Assembly: GCF_964355755.1 (NCBI RefSeq)
Contig: NC_092675.1
Span: 31,545,112-31,609,111, forward strand
Source of the DNA: Antedon mediterranea
Taxonomy: Eukaryota; Animalia; Echinodermata
Length of the DNA: 64,000 nt
Direction: 5' to 3'
Each line of letters opens with the position of its first letter. Within the stretch, counting starts at the first letter, position 1. The translations under genes and the position numbers were made by a program. Positions 12,701-27,700 of the stretch are shown here, piece after piece. The notes below the pieces were generated by a model. The model saw only the letters and a list, made by a program, of their open reading frames with translations. It did no database searches and was not told the DNA's origin.

Positions 12701-15700
12701 CTGACCTACAAAAATCTTCTATATCGCAATAAAATACATATAAAAACAAACATATTTCGTTGACGCGTAAAATTTACAAGCGGGACCGGCCAGTTTAAGG
12801 TTATCTATATTTTTGTTATAATTGTCATAGCAATTTTATTCTCCCCCCCGATAGGGGATCACGAAATGAAACGATAGAAGGCCATGCCCCATAGCCTACT
12901 ACTAGTAGGGCCATACTTCCGACATTTTGTATGGCGTGCCGCTAGCTAGATGATTTGCTTTGATATTTGTCAGGTGTTAATATATTCTTGTCATGCTATT
13001 TTGTATGGTTGCAATTATGTTACCATGTGGATTTTCTTTATTTGGTAAATAAATAACGCTGTGGCTAAAGATACGGTACCGTATTCTACAGTAACTTCTG
13101 GGCCCTACTAAACACCACCAAATACCACCAGATACCTACTAGAGCGATAAATCCTACCACCAGAGAGCAACCACCTGTTTGGAATTGCTTATTAAGGGTA
13201 TATTGCAAATTTTAAAGCTTAATTCTTTCAGAAACTGATAAAATTGAAGGTTAAAGTTGAATTTCTCGCCGTCGTATTCCAGAACCGAATGCGTTTGATA
13301 AACATTATAGCAACGAAACGAACGCATTCATCCGTGTCTCTTGTGTATTGTATTCAACAGTCAACTATGAGGCGCTACCGATGAATTTATTTGGTCAATT
13401 AAAATCAGAAATTCGTTTCTGTACACTATAACATTTATTAAAAATAAATAAAACTTAATGCCAACTACCTTTTGTCAGTGATGGTAATCGTATGTTAAAA
13501 TAGAGTAAACTCATTATAGAATAGGAATGTGGAAAGAGAAAATAAAACAGAAGTTTTAACTTGATATTACCGTGTATTTTATGTCTAAAGAAATATCTGG
13601 CCACTGCACTATATTTCAGAGTGGTAAAATAGAAAATATACAACATTTTTTATTTAATTGCCAAGCTCTTAATGGCATAAGAGAGATTGAATTTATAATA
13701 ATATAATAACAATTCCTACAGCACCCAGAGTATACGAAAACGATGACAAAGGGAAATAATTAAAATTAATGTGCAAAAAAAATGTTATTGTATGCTATTT
13801 GTTATGTTATCGTTACCGATTTTGACATACAAAACATGATAAAAACATAATGTCAAAAGAAAGACTAATCGCGCAATCGATTGGTGTAATTTATGTGACT
13901 GACTAAAGTAACAAAAAAGCATCGGTAGCGCCTCATAGTTGACTGTTGAATACAATACACAAGAGACACGGATGAATGCGTTCGTTTCGTTGCTATAATG
14001 TTTATCAAACGCATTCGGTTCTGGAATACGACGGCCAGAAATTCAACTTTAAACTTCAATTTTATCAGTTTCTGAAAGAATTAAGCTTTGAAATTTGCAA
14101 TATACCCTTAATAATCAATTCCAAACAGGTGGCTGCTCTCTGGTGGTAGGATTTATTGCTCTAGTTGGTATCTGGTGGTATCTGGTGGTGTTTAGTAGGA
14201 CCGCTAACTTCTGTGTACTAAAGGTACGGTAAAATTGCATTACGTCATAATCAGCCAATGGGGTTCTGGTACGTGCGAGACGTCATCGTATAAGGACTTT
14301 GGATTTTTTTTCATATCGCGTCTGTTGTATGTAGAGAATTCCTGTCGGCGGCGCCAGGCTGCATGGATGTGTGTGCGCTGAGGAGGGTTTTATTTTTATT
14401 CCAAATGACCTTTAGGCCTATATTTTTTTATTAAACTTTGTTTACAATGGTGACCAAAAAACAACAAGCAAATGCGGACAATAAAGGGGCCCTCAAATAC
14501 TATGATTTAGACAGTAGCCCCAGGGCTGAGTCACAGAAATCAGCTGGCCCCAGCCTGGCATCACTTTCCCTACACAAACAAACTCATATAATGAGGTTAT
14601 AGTACGTAGTAAGTAGGCCTAGGCCCCTTTTGAAACGGTTTTCTGTATTCTAGAATTAAAATCAACATGTTTTGGCTTTTCAATAATAATAACAGACGTA
14701 GGCTACATTTAGTTTTTGTCACACACGACGGTGATAAATGAAGTATAAAGAAAATGTGGTTGATCACTGTTTTCGCGATATGAAAAAAATCCAAAGTCCT
14801 TATACGATGACGTCACACACATACCAGCACCCCATTGGCTGGTTATGACGTAATGCAATTTTACCGTACCTTTAGTAAACAGAAGTTAGAATACGGTACC
14901 GTATCTTTAGCCACGGCGAATAAATAATTGGGTCATTCCATCTCAAATCAACAAAAGAAAATGACATTTTGCATAGTGATAGTCACGTCATGGATTTTTA
15001 TTAAATTTGCTAAAACATCAGAATTCCAAATTTTAGCTTAATCAATCAGACTAATATGATCAGTTTGTGAGATATGGACTACTGAAAAACAGTGAATTTT
15101 CTTGTCATGACATAAAATATTTCAAATTTTCATTATTTTCAATTTTTTTTTTTTCAGTGTGCAAGATTTGGGTTGGTTAGTGTTAGTAAGTAAATTTATT
15201 TGAGTGATTCATATCACTGAAATCCACACTGTGCTGTAATAACACTTAATTTATTTATAGCTCCATGTTCATACCAACTGTAATAGCAATTGCATCTTTT
15301 GATGACAATTGTATATTAATATATTTCAAATGATCTGTGTTGCTGAGGTAGTCTTTGCATGAATGACAATTACTTACTTTTTTTTCTCAGGTGATACTCA
15401 TCCATATGAAATATCATGCATGACTTCCGACAGCAAGTATGTGTATACTGCATATCAAAATATTGTTACAGCTTTTATAAGATCGACTACAGTAAGTCCT
15501 TATGTGATTTCAATATACTATACAGTATCATTACAATTCTTAATTTTATTCAAAATCAATCGCTGCCTTAAGAAATAATGAGCCACGGAAATGGCACAAA
15601 AAGATCCAAACAATTACTGGAAAAGCAAAGCCTAAATCTAACACAATCGTATTAAGGTGTGATTTACCAGTTCATGATGCTGTAAGAGACCTGAATATTC

Positions 15701-18700
15701 ATTTTTCCAGAATATGCTCTCAACTTCCCGCTCTAGACTTGGAGAATTTACCAGCATTTCTCCCATCTCTGAGTCCACCAGTTATCTATCCTGGTCAGGT
15801 ATACAGACGTCTGTTGAAGATTAAGGTTAATAAGTCTAGTCATCCCGATGACATTCCTTCTCGGTTAATTAGGGATTTCGCCGTTGAGTTAGCGCCTCCT
15901 TTGACAGAGATATTTAATCTCTGTCTTAAGTTGCATGTTTTTCCTAGTGTGTGGAAACGTGCAGCTATTACGCCTATTCCTAAGTCCTCTAAAGCCTGTA
16001 GCCCAGATGAATACCGACCAATATCCATTACACCTTTATTTGGTCGTATTTTTGAGAGTTTTATTGCTGAGTGGATATCTAAAGATTTTCAACCCCATTT
16101 GGACCCTCAACAATTCGGAAACTCTAAAGGTTGCTCAACTACACATTACTTGGTTGACCTATGTAACAGGATTCTGTCAGGTACCGATTGTCAAGGAACG
16201 TATGCCTCGATTTGTACAGTTGATTTTAGTAAGGCATTCGACCGAATTAGTCACACTACCTTAATCAAAAAATTAATTAAATACAACATCTGTCCATCTG
16301 TGATCCCAACCGTTTGTAGCTTTTTAGCTAGTAGGTCACAATGTGTTAGGTTTAATGGAAGTTTATCATCCTTCAAACCAGTCACATGTGGAGTGCCCCA
16401 GGGAACCAAATTAGGGCCTATACTTTTCACGGTGATGGTAAATGACCTGTTAGAGCACGTTCCTGAGAGATGGAAGTTCGTGGACGATTTGACGATCGGT
16501 GAAATTAATCGTGTACCTCGAGGTGGTGATACTACTTTGGTTAGTCATTCTCTTCAGAGTTATCTCGATGCACTTCAGACCTGGTGTGATGAGAATGACA
16601 TGCAACCTAACCCTGCTAAATGCAATGTAATGCATGTTCATTTTATGAGGAATGAACCCAATTTTGTACCGTTAACAATTGGAGACAATGTTCTAGAAGA
16701 GAAGTCTGTTGTTAAGTTACTGGGTGTCTTATTACAAAAGAACATGAAATGGGATTATCAAGTTAATGAAATGATATCCAAGTCCTCTCGTCGTTTGTTT
16801 ATGTTATATATTTTAAAACGATATGGTGCACCTCGGGATGATCTTGTCTTTACCTATATAACGTACATCAGGCCCTTACTGGAGTATGCTAGTCCTCTAT
16901 GGCATTCAGCAATCACTAAACAGCAATGCACCCAGTTGGAATTTGTTCAAAAAAGAGCCTTTAAGATCATCATCGGATATAACAACTACACGGGGTACCA
17001 AGACACTTTAGAAATCTTGAATATAACATCTTTACAAGACAGACGGTTAGGTGTACTTGCCAAATTTGGAAGCAGTCTGGTGACATCTGGGCGTTTCACT
17101 TCGTGGATACCCGAGAACATCAAGCCCGAGAGGACTTTACGTTCCTTCAACAAGTACTGTGTACCTAGATGTAGAACTAACCGTTATGGGAATTCAACTC
17201 TTCCTAGTGCAATAAGAATTTTAAATAAATAATACAGTAATTGTATTGATCCTTGGAATTAATGACATTTTTGAATTTAAATTTTAAGTGGACTTTATAA
17301 ATAATGAATAATTTTAAACTTGTATATATTTCTGAATTTCTATTAATTAGATCTAATAATAATCATTAATTTTAAATTTGTGCATATTATATTTTTGTAT
17401 GATGTTTTAATTGGTTTTGTTTTTATGTCAATTTTAGTATAGGCCTATTGTTTTATATCTATATCTCGGTTTTTTTTGTTGTACCTTTTGTAAACTCATA
17501 AGATTTTCAACTTTTGTTGCATTTTGAGTGTTATACCTAATAAATAAAAAATAAATAAATAAAAATAATAGGAGCACTTAAGTAATTGTTTCTGTATCTT
17601 TCTGTAGGCAGAACATGTTTATGAGTGCTCTGGTGAGGTACATCTTCTTCTTCCATTTGGTGACCATCTAATTGCAGTTGATTCAGACAGTCATGTATAC
17701 ATATGGCATATTACTACACAGGGTAATTATGTAATACCAAAACTACTGTTGTATCAATCCAGGGCTGTAGACAGAAATTGATGACCAACAATGTTATAGA
17801 CAGTAATTAATGTGTTTCTCTTTTTATTTTTATTAGAAATGTACATGGAGCTTGAGTTTAGCAATGCTACTTTTCAGATTTCGGCAATTATGCACCCAAG
17901 TACTTACCTAAACAAAATTCTCTTCGGAAGTCATCAAGGACAATTGCAATTGTGGAATATACGCAACAAGTCAGTTTACATTTGGTTATTCATCAATAAT
18001 TCAATGGTACAGATCAACAGAAAAACCCCAACAATTGTAAAATTAGTAAAGAGCAACTTATTTTCATGTCGTACAGTACATTTCAGATACAGACTGTGTG
18101 CGAGTGACCCTTTGATGTACAGTACATTTCAGATACAGACTGTGTGTGAGTGGCCCTTTGATGTACAGTACATTTCAGATACAGACTGTGTGTGAGTGGC
18201 CCTTTGATGTACAGTACATTTCAGATACAGACTGTGTGTGAGTGGCCCTTTGATGTACAGTACATTTCAGATACAGACTGTGCGAGTGGCCCTTTGATGT
18301 ACAGTACATTTCAGATACAGACTGTGTGTGAGTGGCCCTTTGATGTACAGTACATTTCAGATACAGACTGTGTGTGAGTGGCCCTTTGATGTACAGTACA
18401 TTTCAGATACAGACTGTGTGTGAGTGGCCCTTTAATGTACAGTACATTTCAGATACAGACTGTGTGCGAGTGGCCCTTTGATGTACAGTACATTTCAGAT
18501 ACAGACTGTGTGTGAGTGGCCCTTTAATGTACAGTACATTTCAGATACAGACTGTGTGTGAGTGGCCCTTTCATGTACAGTACATTTCAGATACAGACTG
18601 TGTGTGAGTGGCCCTTTGATGTACAGTACATTTCAGATACAGACTGTGTGTGAGTGGCCCTTTGATGTACAGTACATTTTTCAGATACAGACTGTGTGTG

Positions 18701-21700
18701 AGTGGCCTTTTGATGTACAGTACATTTTTCAGATACAGACTGTGTGTGAGTGGCCCTTTAATGTACAGTACATTTCAGATACAGACTGTGTGTGAGTGGC
18801 CCTTTGATGTACAGTACATTTCAGATACAGACTGTGTGTGAGTGGCCCTTTAATGTCCAGTAAATTTCAGATACAGACTGTGTGTGAGTGGCCCTTTAAT
18901 GTACAGTACATTTCAGATACAGACTGTGTGTGAGTGGCCCTTTGATGTACAGTACATTTTTCAGATACAGACTGTGTGTGAGTGGCCCTTTGATGTACAG
19001 TACATTTTTCAGATACAGACTGTGTGTGAGTGGCCCTTTGATGTACAGTACATTTCAGATACAGACTGTGTGAGTGGCCCTTTGATGTACAGTACATTTT
19101 TCAGATACAGACTGTGTGTGAGTGGCCCTTTGATGTACAGTACATTTTTCAGATACAGACTGTGTGAGTGGCCCTTTGATGTACAGTACATTTCAGATAC
19201 AGACTGTGTGTGAGTGGCCCTTTGATGTACAGTACATTTCAGATACAGACTGTGTGTGAGTGGCCCTTTGATGTACAGTACATTTTTCAGATACAGACTG
19301 TGTGTGAGTGGCCCTTTGATGTACAGTACATTTCAGATACAGACTGTGTGTGAGTGGCCCTTTGATGTACAGTACATTTCAGATACAGACTGTGTGTGAG
19401 TGGCCCTTTGATGTACAGTACATTTCAGATACAGAATGTGTGTGAGTGGCCCTTTGATGTACAGTACATTTTTCAGATACAGACTGTGTGTGAGTGGCCC
19501 TTTGATGTACAGTACATTTCAGATACAGACTGTGTGTGAGTGGCCCTTTGATGTACAGTACATTTCAGATACAGACTGTGTGTGAGTGGCCCTTTAATGT
19601 CCAGTACATTTCAGATACAGACTGTGTGTGAGTGGCCCTTTGATGTACAGTACATTTCAGATACAGACTGTGTGTGAGTGGCCCTTTGATGTACAGTACA
19701 TTTCAGATACAGACTGTGTGTGAGTGGCCCTTTAATGTCCAGTACATTTCAGATACAGACTGTGTGTGAGTGGCCCTTTGATGTACAGTACATTTCAGAT
19801 ACAGACTGTGTGTGAGTGGCCCTTTAATGTACAGTACATTTCAGATACAGACTGTGTGTGAGTGGCCCTTTGATGTACAGTACATTTTTCAGATACAGAC
19901 TGTGTGTGAGTGGCCCTTTGATGTACAGTACATTTCAGATACAGACTGTGTGTGAGTGGCCCTTTGATGTACAGTACATTTTTCAGATACAGACTGTGTG
20001 TGAGTGGCCCTTTTATGTACAGTACATTTTTCAGATACAGACTGTGTGTGAGTGGCCCTTTGATGTACAGTACATTTCAGATACAGACTGTGTGTGAGTG
20101 GCCCTTTGATGTACAGTACATTTCAGATACAGACTGTGTGTGAGTGGCCCTTTAATGTCCAGTACATTTCAGATACAGACTGTGTGTGAGTGGCCCTTTG
20201 ATGTACAGTACATTTCAGATACAGACTGTGTGTGAGTGGCCCTTTGATGTACAGTACATTTCAGATACAGACTGTGTGTGAGTGGCCCTTTAATGTCCAG
20301 TACATTTCAGATACAGACTGTGTGTGAGTGGCCCTTTGATGTACAGTACATTTCAGATACAGACTGTGTGTGAGTGGCCCTTTGATGTACAGTACATTTC
20401 AGATACAGACTGTGTGTGAGTGGCCCTTTGATGTACAGTACATTTTTCAGATACAGACTGTGTGTGAGTGGCCCTTTGATGTATAGTACATTTTTCAGAT
20501 ACAGACTGTGTGTGAGTGGCCCTTTGATGTACAGTACATTTCAGATACAGACTGTGTGTGAGTGGCCCTTTGATGTACAGTACATTTTTCAGATACAGAC
20601 TGTGTGTGAGTGGCCCTTTGATGTACAGTACATTTTTCAGATACAGACTGTGTGTGAGTGGCCCTTTAATGTACAGTACATTTCAGATACAGACTGTGTG
20701 TGAGTGGCCCTTTGATGTACAGTACATTTCAGATACAGACTGTGTGTGAGTGGCCCTTTAATGTCCAGTACATTTCAGATACAGACTGTGTGTGAGTGGC
20801 CCTTTGATGTACAGTACATTTCAGATACAGACTGTGTGTGAGTGGCCCTTTAATGTACAGTACATTTCAGATACAGACTGTGTGTGAGTGGCCCTTTGAT
20901 GTACAGTACATTTTTCAGATACAGACTGTGTGTGAGTGGCCCTTTGATGTACAGTACATTTTTCAGATACAGACTGTGTGTGAGTGGCCCTTTGATGTAC
21001 AGTACATTTCAGATACAGACTGTGTGTGAGTGGCCCTTTGATGTACAGTACATTTTTCAGATACAGACTGTGTGTGAGTGGCCCTTTGATGTACAGTACA
21101 TTTTTCAGATACAGACTGTGTGTGAGTGGCCCTTTGATGTACAGTACATTTCAGATACAGACTGTGTGTGAGTGGCCCTTTGATGTACAGTACATTTCAG
21201 ATACAGACTGTGTGTGAGTGGCCCTTTGATGTACAGTACATTTTTCAGATACAGACTGTGTGTGAGTGGCCCTTTGATGTACAGTACATTTCAGATACAG
21301 ACTGTGTGTGAGTGGCCCTTTGATGTACAGTACATTTCAGATACAGACTGTGTGTGAGTGGCCCTTTAATGTACAGTACATTTCAGATACAGAATGTGTG
21401 TGAGTGGCCCTTTGATGTACAGTACATTTTTCAGATACAGACTGTGTGTGAGTGGCCCTTTGATGTACAGTACATTTCAGATACAGACTGTGTGTGAGTG
21501 GCCCTTTGATGTACAGTACATTTCAGATACAGACTGTGTGTGAGTGGCCCTTTAATGTCCAGTACATTTCAGATACAGACTGTGTGTGAGTGGCCCTTTG
21601 ATTTACAGTACATTTCAGATACAGACTGTGTGTGAGTGGCCCTTTGATGTACAGTACATTTCAGATACAGACTGTGTGTGAGTGGCCCTTTAATGTCCAG

Positions 21701-24700
21701 TACATTTCAGATACAGACTGTGTGTGAGTGGCCCTTTGATGTACAGTACATTTCAGATACAGACTGTGTGTGAGTGGCCCTTTAATGTACAGTACATTTC
21801 AGATACAGACTGTGTGTGAGTGGCCCTTTGATGTACAGTACATTTTTCAGATACAGACTGTGTGTGAGTGGCCCTTTGATGTACAGTACATTTTTCAGAT
21901 ACAGACTGTGTGTGAGTGGCCCTTTGATGTACAGTACATTTCAGATACAGACTGTGTGTGAGTGGCCCTTTGATGTACAGTACATTTTTCAGATACAGAC
22001 TGTGTGTGAGTGGCCCTTTGATGTACAGTACATTTCAGATACAGACTGTGTGTGAGTGGCCCTTTGATGTACAGTACATTTTTCAGATACAGACTGTGTG
22101 TGAGTGGCCCTTTGATGTACAGTACATTTTTCAGATACAGACTGTGTGTGAGTGGCCCTTTGATGTACAGTACATTTCAGATACAGACTGTGTGTGAGTG
22201 GCCCTTTGATGTACAGTACATTTCAGATACAGACTGTGTGTGAGTGGCCCTTTGATGTACAGTATATTTTTCAGATACAGACTGTGTGTGAGTGGCCCTT
22301 TGATGTACAGTACATTTCAGATACAGACTGTGTGTGAGTGGCCCTTTAATGTACAGTACATTTCAGATACAGACTGTGTGTGAGTGGCCCTTTGATGTAC
22401 AGTACATTTCAGATACAGACTGTGTGTGAGTGGCCCTTTAATGTACAGTACATTTCAGATACAGACTGTGTGTGAGTGGCCCTTTGATGTACAGTACATT
22501 TCAGATACAGACTGTGTGTGAGTGGCCCTTTGATGTACAGTACATTTTTCAGATACAGACTGTGTGTGAGTGGCCCTTTGATGTACAGTACATTTTTCAG
22601 ATACAGACTGTGTGTGAGTGGCCCTTTGATGTACAGTACATTTCAGATACAGACTGTGTGTGAGTGACCCTTTAATGTACAGTACATTTCAGATACAGAC
22701 TGTGTGTGAGTGGCCCTTTAATGTCCCAAATATGATAGAAGGTGTTGAAGAATATAATATTGTACAATATTGTATTAAATGTTTTTAAACTGTGCAAAGG
22801 TGATCATTGGTTTAAACACATCAAATATTGTGTTGTATATTAACATGGGATCATTATTAAATTTGCTCAACAGCACTGTACTCTAAGAAGTATGGTTGTC
22901 ATAATAAATCAATGTAATGCTGTGTAGATGGATTTAATAATTAATGAGTTGAATAGGAAGAATGTGTTTATGAGTTGAAAACTCATTAACTTCATTAACA
23001 AATCGTAGTTATCTTCAATCATTGAAATGAATTATGCATTAATTTTTGTTACAAATGGAGTGGGCGGGCAACCACACATGTAACAAGAGGGTAGACTGAC
23101 TGATCACGTTAAAAAAACAACCTGTAGTGTCACGCTGTCTATAATTGTTCTACTCTGCAACCAAAATTTGAGCGCTGCCTTTTTAAATGATTTAGGCCTA
23201 GCCTCTTGTTAAAAGTAAAAATATTTTATAATCGTGCAATGGAACAAATGATGTGATTCAGTGAAAGATGAAGATTTGTTATATTATTATACATCTTTTA
23301 CTTTGTACCGTTTCACTTTTAAACATTCATAATTTGTTTACTAAATATCTATATTGTATTTTCAGCAAGTTGGTATACATCTTTGATGGATGGGGGTCAT
23401 CAATTACAGCTATAGAACAGGTAGACGTCTATAGGATTTTCACAAACTAACTATTCACTGTTTTGTAGTGTCAATCTCAAATGTTATAGTGTCTGACAGG
23501 ATTGAGCCATACATCATATCTTTATATTTCTAATAGCACCTTCTAACTATGGTGTAATGTTGAGAGGTCTGCGATATATGACTGAATTTGTTATAAAATA
23601 TTCATTTTATTCTGGACTTTACATGAATACAAACAATAAAACATACATACAATACACATGCTAGACCCAGGGGACTCCAACAGCATACATACATACAATA
23701 CACATGCTAGACCCAGGGGACTCCAACAGCATACATACATACAATACACATGCTAGACCCAGGGGACTCCAACAGCAAACATACATACAATACACATGCT
23801 AGACCCAGGGGACTCCAACAGCAAACATACATACAATACACATGCTAGACCCAGGGGACTCCAACAGCAAACATACATACAATACACATGCTAGACCCAG
23901 GGGACTCCAACAGCAAACATACATACAATACACATGCTAGACCCAGGGGACTCCAACAGCAAACATACATACAATACACATGCTAGACCCAGGGGACTCC
24001 AACAGCAAACATACATACAATACACATGCTAGACCCAGGGGACTCCAACAGCAAACATACATACAATACACATGCTAGACCCAGGGGACTCCAACAGCAA
24101 ACATACATACAATACACATGCTAGACCCAGGGGACTCCAACAGCAAACATACATACAATACACATGCTAGACCCAGGGGACTCCAACAGCATACATACAT
24201 ACAATACACATGCTAGACCCAGGGGACTCCAACAGCAAACATACATACAATACACATGCTAGACCCAGGGAACTCCAACAGCATACATACATACAATACA
24301 CATGCTAGACCCAGGGGACTCCAACAGCATACATACAATACACATGCTAGACCCAGGGGACTCCAACAGCATACATACATACAATACACATGCTAGACCC
24401 AGGGGACTCCAACAGCAAACATACATACAATACACATGCTAGACCCAGGGAACTCCAACAGCAAACATACATACAATACACATGCTAGACCCAGGGGACT
24501 CCAACAGCATACATACATACAATACACATGCTAGACCCAGGGGACTCCAACAGCAAACATACATACAATACACATGCTAGACCCAGGGGACTCCAACAGC
24601 AAACATACATACAATACACATGCTAGACCCAGGGAACTCCAACAACATACATACATACAATACACATGCTAGACCCAGGGGACTCCAACAGCAAACATAC

Positions 24701-27700
24701 ATACAATACACATGCTAGACCCAGGGGACTCCAACAGCAAACATACATACAATACACATGCTAGACCCAGGGGACTCCAACAGCAAACATACATACAATA
24801 CACATGCTAGACCCAGGGGACTCAAACAGCAAACATACATACAATACACATGCTAGACCCAGGGAACTCCAACAACATACATACAATACACATGCTAGAC
24901 CCAGGGGACTCCAACAGCATACATACAATACACATGCTAGACCCAGGGGACTCCAACAGCATACATACATACAATACACATGCTAGACCCAGGGGACTCC
25001 AACAGCAAACATACATACAATACACATGCTAGACCCAGGGGACTCCAACAGCAAACATACATACAATACACATGCTAGACCCAGGGGACTCCAACAGCAT
25101 ACATACATACAATACACATGCTAGACCCAGGGGACTCCAACAGCAAATATACATACAATACACATGCTAGACCCAGGGGACTCCAACAGCAAACATACAT
25201 ACAATACACATGCTAGACCCAGGGGACTCCAACAGCAAACATACATACAATACACATGCTAGACCCAGGGGACTCCAACAGCATACATACATACAATACA
25301 CATGCTAGACCCAGGGGACTCCAACAGCAAACATACATACAATACACATGCTAGACCCAGGGGACTCCTACAGCAAACATACATACAATACACATGCTAG
25401 ACCCAGGGGACTCCAACAGCGAACATACATACAATACACATGCTAGACCCAGGGGAATCCAACAGCGAACATACATACAATACACATGCTAGACCCAGGG
25501 GAATCCAACAGCAAACATACATACAATACACATGCTAGACCCAGGGGACTCTAACAGCAAACATACATACAATACACATGCTAGACCCAGGGGACTCCAA
25601 CAGCGAACATACATACAATACACATGCTAGACCCAGGGGACTCCAACAGCGAACATACATACAATACACATGCTAGACCCAGGGGAATCCAACAGCGAAC
25701 ATACATACAATACACATGCTAGACCCAGGGGACTCCAACAGCAAACATACATACAATACACATGCTAGACCCAGGGGACTCCTACAGCAAACATACATAC
25801 AATACACATGCTAGACCCAGGGGACTCCAACAGCGAACATACATACAATACACATGCTAGACCCAGGGGAATCCAACAGCGAACATACATACAATACACA
25901 TGCTAGACCCAGGGGAATCCAACAGCAAACATACATACAATACACATGCTAGACCCAGGGGACTCCAACAGCAAACATACATACAATACACATGCTAGAC
26001 TCAGGGGACTCCAACAGCAAACATACATACAATACACATGCTAGACCCAGGGGACTCCAACAGCAAACATACATACAATACACATGCTAGACCCAGGGGA
26101 CTCCAACAGCGAACATACATACAATACACATGCTAGACCCAGGGGACTCCAACAGCAAACATACATACAATACACATGCTAGACCCAGGGGACTCCAACA
26201 GCAAACATACATACAATACACATGCTAGACCCAGGGGACTCCAACAGCAAACATACATACAATACACATGCTAGACCCAGGGGACTCCAACAGCATACAT
26301 ACATACAAACAATACACATGCTAGACCCAGGGGACTCCAACAGCGAACATACAAACAATACACATGCTAGACCCAGGGGACTCCAACAGCGAACATACAT
26401 ACAATACACATGCTAGACCCAGGGGACTGCAACAGCAAACATACATACAATACACATGCTAGACCCAGGGGACTGCAACAGCGAACATACATACAATACA
26501 CATGCTAGACCCAGGGGACTGCAACAGCATACATACATACAATACACATGCTAGACCCAGGGGACTCCAACAGCAAACATACATACAATACACATGCTAG
26601 ACCCAGGGGACTCCAACAGCGAACATACATACAATACACATGCTAGACCCAGGGGACTCCAACAGCAAACATACATACAATACACATGCTAGACCCAGGG
26701 GACTCCAACAGCAAACATACATACAATACACATGCTAGACCCAGGGGACTCCAACAGCAAACATACATACAATACACATGCTAGACCCAGGGAACTCCAA
26801 CAACATACATACATACAATACACATGCTAGACCCAGGGGACTCCAACAGCAAACATACATACAATACACATGCTAGACCCAGGGGACTCCAACAGCAAAC
26901 ATACATACAATACACATGCTAGACCCAGGGGACTCCAACAGCAAACATACATACAATACACATGCTAGACCCAGGGGACTCAAACAGCAAACATACATAC
27001 AATACACATGCTAGACCCAGGGAACTCCAACAACATACATACAATACACATGCTAGACCCAGGGGACTCCAACAGCATACATACAATACACATGCTAGAC
27101 CCAGGGGACTCCAACAGCATACATACATACAATACACATGCTAGACCCAGGGGACTCCAACAGCAAACATACATACAATACACATGCTAGACCCAGGGGA
27201 CTCCAACAGCAAACATACATACAATACACATGCTAGACCCAGGGGACTCCAACAGCATACATACATACAATACACATGCTAGACCCAGGGGACTCCAACA
27301 GCAAATATACATACAATACACATGCTAGACCCAGGGGACTCCAACAGCAAACATACATACAATACACATGCTAGACCCAGGGGACTCCAACAGCAAACAT
27401 ACATACAATACACATGCTAGACCCAGGGGACTCCAACAGCATACATACATACAATACACATGCTAGACCCAGGGGACTCCAACAGCAAACATACATACAA
27501 TACACATGCTAGACCCAGGGGACTCCTACAGCAAACATACATACAATACACATGCTAGACCCAGGGGACTCCAACAGCAAACATACATACAATACACATG
27601 CTAGACCCAGGGGACTCCAACAGCATACATACATACAATACACATGCTAGACCCAGGGGACTCCAACAGCGAACATACATACAATACACATGCTAGACCC

